A stretch of DNA of 63,140 nucleotides, the filler included, from Pelomyxa schiedti (Eukaryota > Protista > Evosea), in the NCBI GenBank assembly GCA_020536535.1. It is 5 parts of 5 records of this genome, joined end to end, with 100 filler letters (N's around TTAATTAATTAA, not from the genome) between each part and the next. Parts side by side here need not be neighbours in the genome. Positions count along the whole stretch, not along the records: positions 47,420 to 60,280 come from JAHLWZ010000777.1; positions 60,381 to 63,140 come from JAHLWZ010001898.1; 3 more parts are not named here. One strand, given 5' to 3'. A program made the position numbers and the translations under genes. Below, piece by piece: positions 59,876 through 63,140 of this stretch. Each line of letters starts with the position of its first letter. Position 1 is the first letter of the stretch. The notes below the pieces were generated by a model, which saw only the letters and a list, made by a program, of their open reading frames with translations, was not told where the DNA came from and did no database searches.

Positions 59876-60380
59876 CTTAATTGAAATGAGGAACTGTTAA
59901 AGTCACTGAATGAAGGTGGGGAAATACTCGGCGAGGCCAAGCCCCAAAATTTGCAATCTCGTGGTTGTTGCTCTTAAGAATGCAGGCTCTCATATAAATT
60001 CCGTCATTCAGAAAAGTCAAGAAAACCTATCACAAAAAGCATGAGAACATCAGGGATTCGCAGGATGACAGCGCGAATCACACCAAAGAGTTGTTTGGGA
60101 GGATCTGGCAGGTCACCCCATTCCGTTTCTCCAGTTTGATCCCCTCTATCAATCACATATCAGCTGGAGAAGAGACGCTTGTAGTAATTACACAACTCAG
60201 TATACTATGATTGTAAAATTTAAATAATATGAAATTAATTATTAAATTTTCATACTATTTAATAATTTCATACTATTTTANNNNNNNNNNNNNNNNNNNN
60301 NNNNNNNNNNNNNNNNNNNNNNNNTTAATTAATTAANNNNNNNNNNNNNNNNNNNNNNNNNNNNNNNNNNNNNNNNNNNN

Positions 60381-60500
<120 letters not shown>

Positions 60501-60635
60501 AAAGAAAGGCCCCGAGCTTGTTGTTTGTGTGGCGCGATTATGGGAAGTTGGTGTTCTGCGTCCTGGACTGCGCCATCGCCTGGTTTTTGCATCACTCTGT
60601 GGTTCACCAAATACACAAAAAAAAAAAAACACGTA

Positions 60636-60845
60636 CTATGCCTCGTTTGCCATTTCCACGTGGGGGGAGTTCGCGTCGGCGTCGCTGAACACCGCGACGG
60701 TCGGCACGCCCAGCCTCCGTGCCGTCCTCATCACCCGGCACGCGATCTCCCCCCGGTTGGCAACGACTACCTTCCCCAGCAGCGCAGCCCACGGCGCCGC
60801 GCTCGTCGATCCCCCCCTCGCCAACGACGACCCTTCGCTTGCCAT
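60636..60845 (-). CDS. First exon of a biotin carboxylase (MCCA/PCCA-like); remainder not in this scaffold
   Basis: [45 protein letters not shown] followed by a GTACGT donor. Confidence 0.85.
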   Translation of the reverse strand: MASEGSSLARGGSTSAAPWAALLGKVVVANRGEIACRVMRTARRLGVPTVAVFSDADANSPHVEMANEA

Positions 60846-61012
60846 CGTGATTGGAAGGTGGTGCTGGAAATGTTTTCTCTTTTTATCGTTTTCGACGAGA
60901 AAAGAGTCACAGTGGCTGATCAATAGGTACCACGAAATGCCTGCGGGGAGTTAAAAGGTGGTGCAGTCGTTGGAATTCTTGCCTCAGTCTGGGAGGCATT
61001 TCTGGGTTTGTT

Positions 61013-61351
61013 TCATTCGGTTACGGAGACTGTGTATTCTCTGCATCCTCCGTTGCACCCGTTCGTGGCCATGCAGTCCACTCTTACCCTGAAGGTGAAC
61101 TGGCCCTTTGCCGTCGGCGTACCAGTAACGCCCACCCCGTGGTCGAACTCGGCCCACCTCAGGTTCAGGCCTGGCGGCAGCTCGCCCCTGTAAACGGCGC
61201 ACTCCCGCACCACGTTCTGCTCCAGCGCGATAGACCCGTTGTACGGCACGCCAACTTTGCCCTCGGGCAGAGGCCCTGACAGCCTGACGTTGTTGAGTTC
61301 GTCAGGCTCGTCGTGGGTGTTGTCGAAATTGGTAGTGAGGCTGCTGCCCAT
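61013..61351 (-). CDS. Small intronless protein with a single bacterial-type putative Ig (He_PIG-like) domain
   Basis: LPEGKVGVPYNGSI...VYRGELPPGLNL...VTGTPTAKGQFTFRVRV matches the He_PIG pattern; visibly GC-rich. Confidence 0.7.
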   Translation of the reverse strand: MGSSLTTNFDNTHDEPDELNNVRLSGPLPEGKVGVPYNGSIALEQNVVRECAVYRGELPPGLNLRWAEFDHGVGVTGTPTAKGQFTFRVRVDCMATNGCNGGCREYTVSVTE

Positions 61352-62568
61352 TTTCTCAGGTTATTCTGCGGTTTGACGGGGAATCATCAGCACCAAAAAT
61401 CAGTTTCGGGCAAAAACACGTATCGAAACAGGCCTCTGACACGACCCATGTTCGAGGTTTTGAGGGAGGTGAGAGTGAATCCAGAGAGGGGAACGTTCAC
61501 CTACCACAAGTATATTGTTGGCCATTCAAGAAAAATTGTATCTGTTCCACCGTGTTTCCACGTAGTGCTGGGGACAGTGCATCAACCTCCTTGACATTTC
61601 CAAGTGGCAAAAAATATACCCACTGGTTTAGCTATGATCAGCTTCACCTCGACGAGGTAATAAGACTTCATGAAGTTTTACTACCTCATTTTTGTTGACC
61701 TTCCTATTTTCGTAGAGTTCATTGGAGATCTGGAATACATGCAAGTCCTCTAGTTTCCCTCCAACTCCTCTTTTCATTTGACTCACTTTGTTTCCCCTGG
61801 TTTTGAAGCTGGTTCCATGGATTCCGATTCCGAGAGGAAAGCGAGAGGCTTGTTTCCCAATCCGACTGCAAAAATGCACTCTTGGTACGCTGCTCGGATT
61901 CTGTCACTCCTACATAGGTAGTCACTATCTATCGAGGAAACACAGTGAGCATTCCGCACTTAATTCTACATCCCAAAAAGACCTAACTTGAACATCCACA
62001 GAGAAGTATCACCCACGGGCGAGTTGGATGCGCCAATGCATTCATTGTGGGTTCAGTACGAGATGAACCCACCCACAAGTACGCCCCACTTGGTCCGCAC
62101 GGCACCCACGTGGTACCTTCTGCCCACCAAGCAGGAATTGTTCCAGTTTGGCGGAATGAACACTGCACTGACAAGAGGCTCTCTGGGCGATTTGATCACG
62201 CAAGTAATTGCTCCAGTTATTTCCTGCGGCCTCGTTTTTATTACACGAAGAAACACCACCACTCCCATGTCAACCACAATGGCTTGTTCTTGTAAATATC
62301 TTTCAAAGGCTTTGGCAGAGCCAACAACCAACAGTCGGAATAGATCCCCTTCGTGCACATCTCTGCCGTAGCCAACAAATGAGGATACTGCGTTTCTGAT
62401 TCCAGGATGTGTGCCAATTTGGCCACTTGGAACCAGTTTGCTAATTGTCCAGTTGGTTTGTCTTTTCAAAGCTATCCGCAAACAACGAAAAAAAAAAAAA
62501 AAGTAAGAAAGAAACAAGCAAGAGGCGACAAAGACAAACAAGAAACAAACAAAGCAAGCGACAATTAA

Positions 62569-63140
<572 letters not shown>

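Noticed and set aside
60636-60638. In-frame TAG after HVEMANEA suggesting stop readthrough or a recoded genetic code
   Set aside because: The TA is followed by a GTACGT splice donor; the next exon probably lies beyond the microsatellite and scaffold end. Other genes here end normally in TAG, TAA and TGA.
62241-62426. KGIYSDCWLLA resembling the calpain active-site motif QGxLGDCWLLA
   Set aside because: Similarity does not extend on either side and no His/Asn catalytic segments are found; likely chance.

Overview
Intron-rich, gene-dense eukaryotic DNA with short spliceosomal introns (about 40-60 nt); no prokaryotic operons or CRISPR arrays. The window is five scaffolds joined by artificial N-TTAATTAATTAA-N linkers (1-1410, 1511-21088, 21189-47319, 47420-60280, 60381-63140), with internal N gaps and uncollapsed duplicates. 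An amoebozoan, probably Pelomyxa (Archamoebae), is my inference from recalling the expanded RCGxxSP protein family; it is unverified. Recognisable genes: eIF2A, DYNC2LI1 (plus a partial second copy), a TauE/SafE transporter, Nup85, a UBAC2-like protein, Sec24, GH35 beta-galactosidase, a GATA factor, a TMC-like channel, ATG5, an MBOAT wax synthase, a C69 dipeptidase, HGSNAT, a biotin carboxylase 5' exon and polyubiquitin. Most unusual items: (1) five members of an uncharacterised family sharing an [AS]xQx(8-10)RCGxxSP motif in two architectures; (2) a 2xRRM-like + PP5-like pseudophosphatase gene; (3) a ubiquitin-like domain fused to a degenerate Rho GTPase; (4) an internally duplicated RlaP/COG3541-like nucleotidyltransferase with one intact and one degenerate site, 4 kb from a second, unrelated nucleotidyltransferase; (5) a dispersed ~65-nt hairpin element found near gene starts and rearrangement boundaries; (6) a tRNA-Leu/LINE-RT chimera, a MITE and a stand-alone bacterial-type He_PIG gene. 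Gene models were spliced by eye, so boundaries are approximate where stated.
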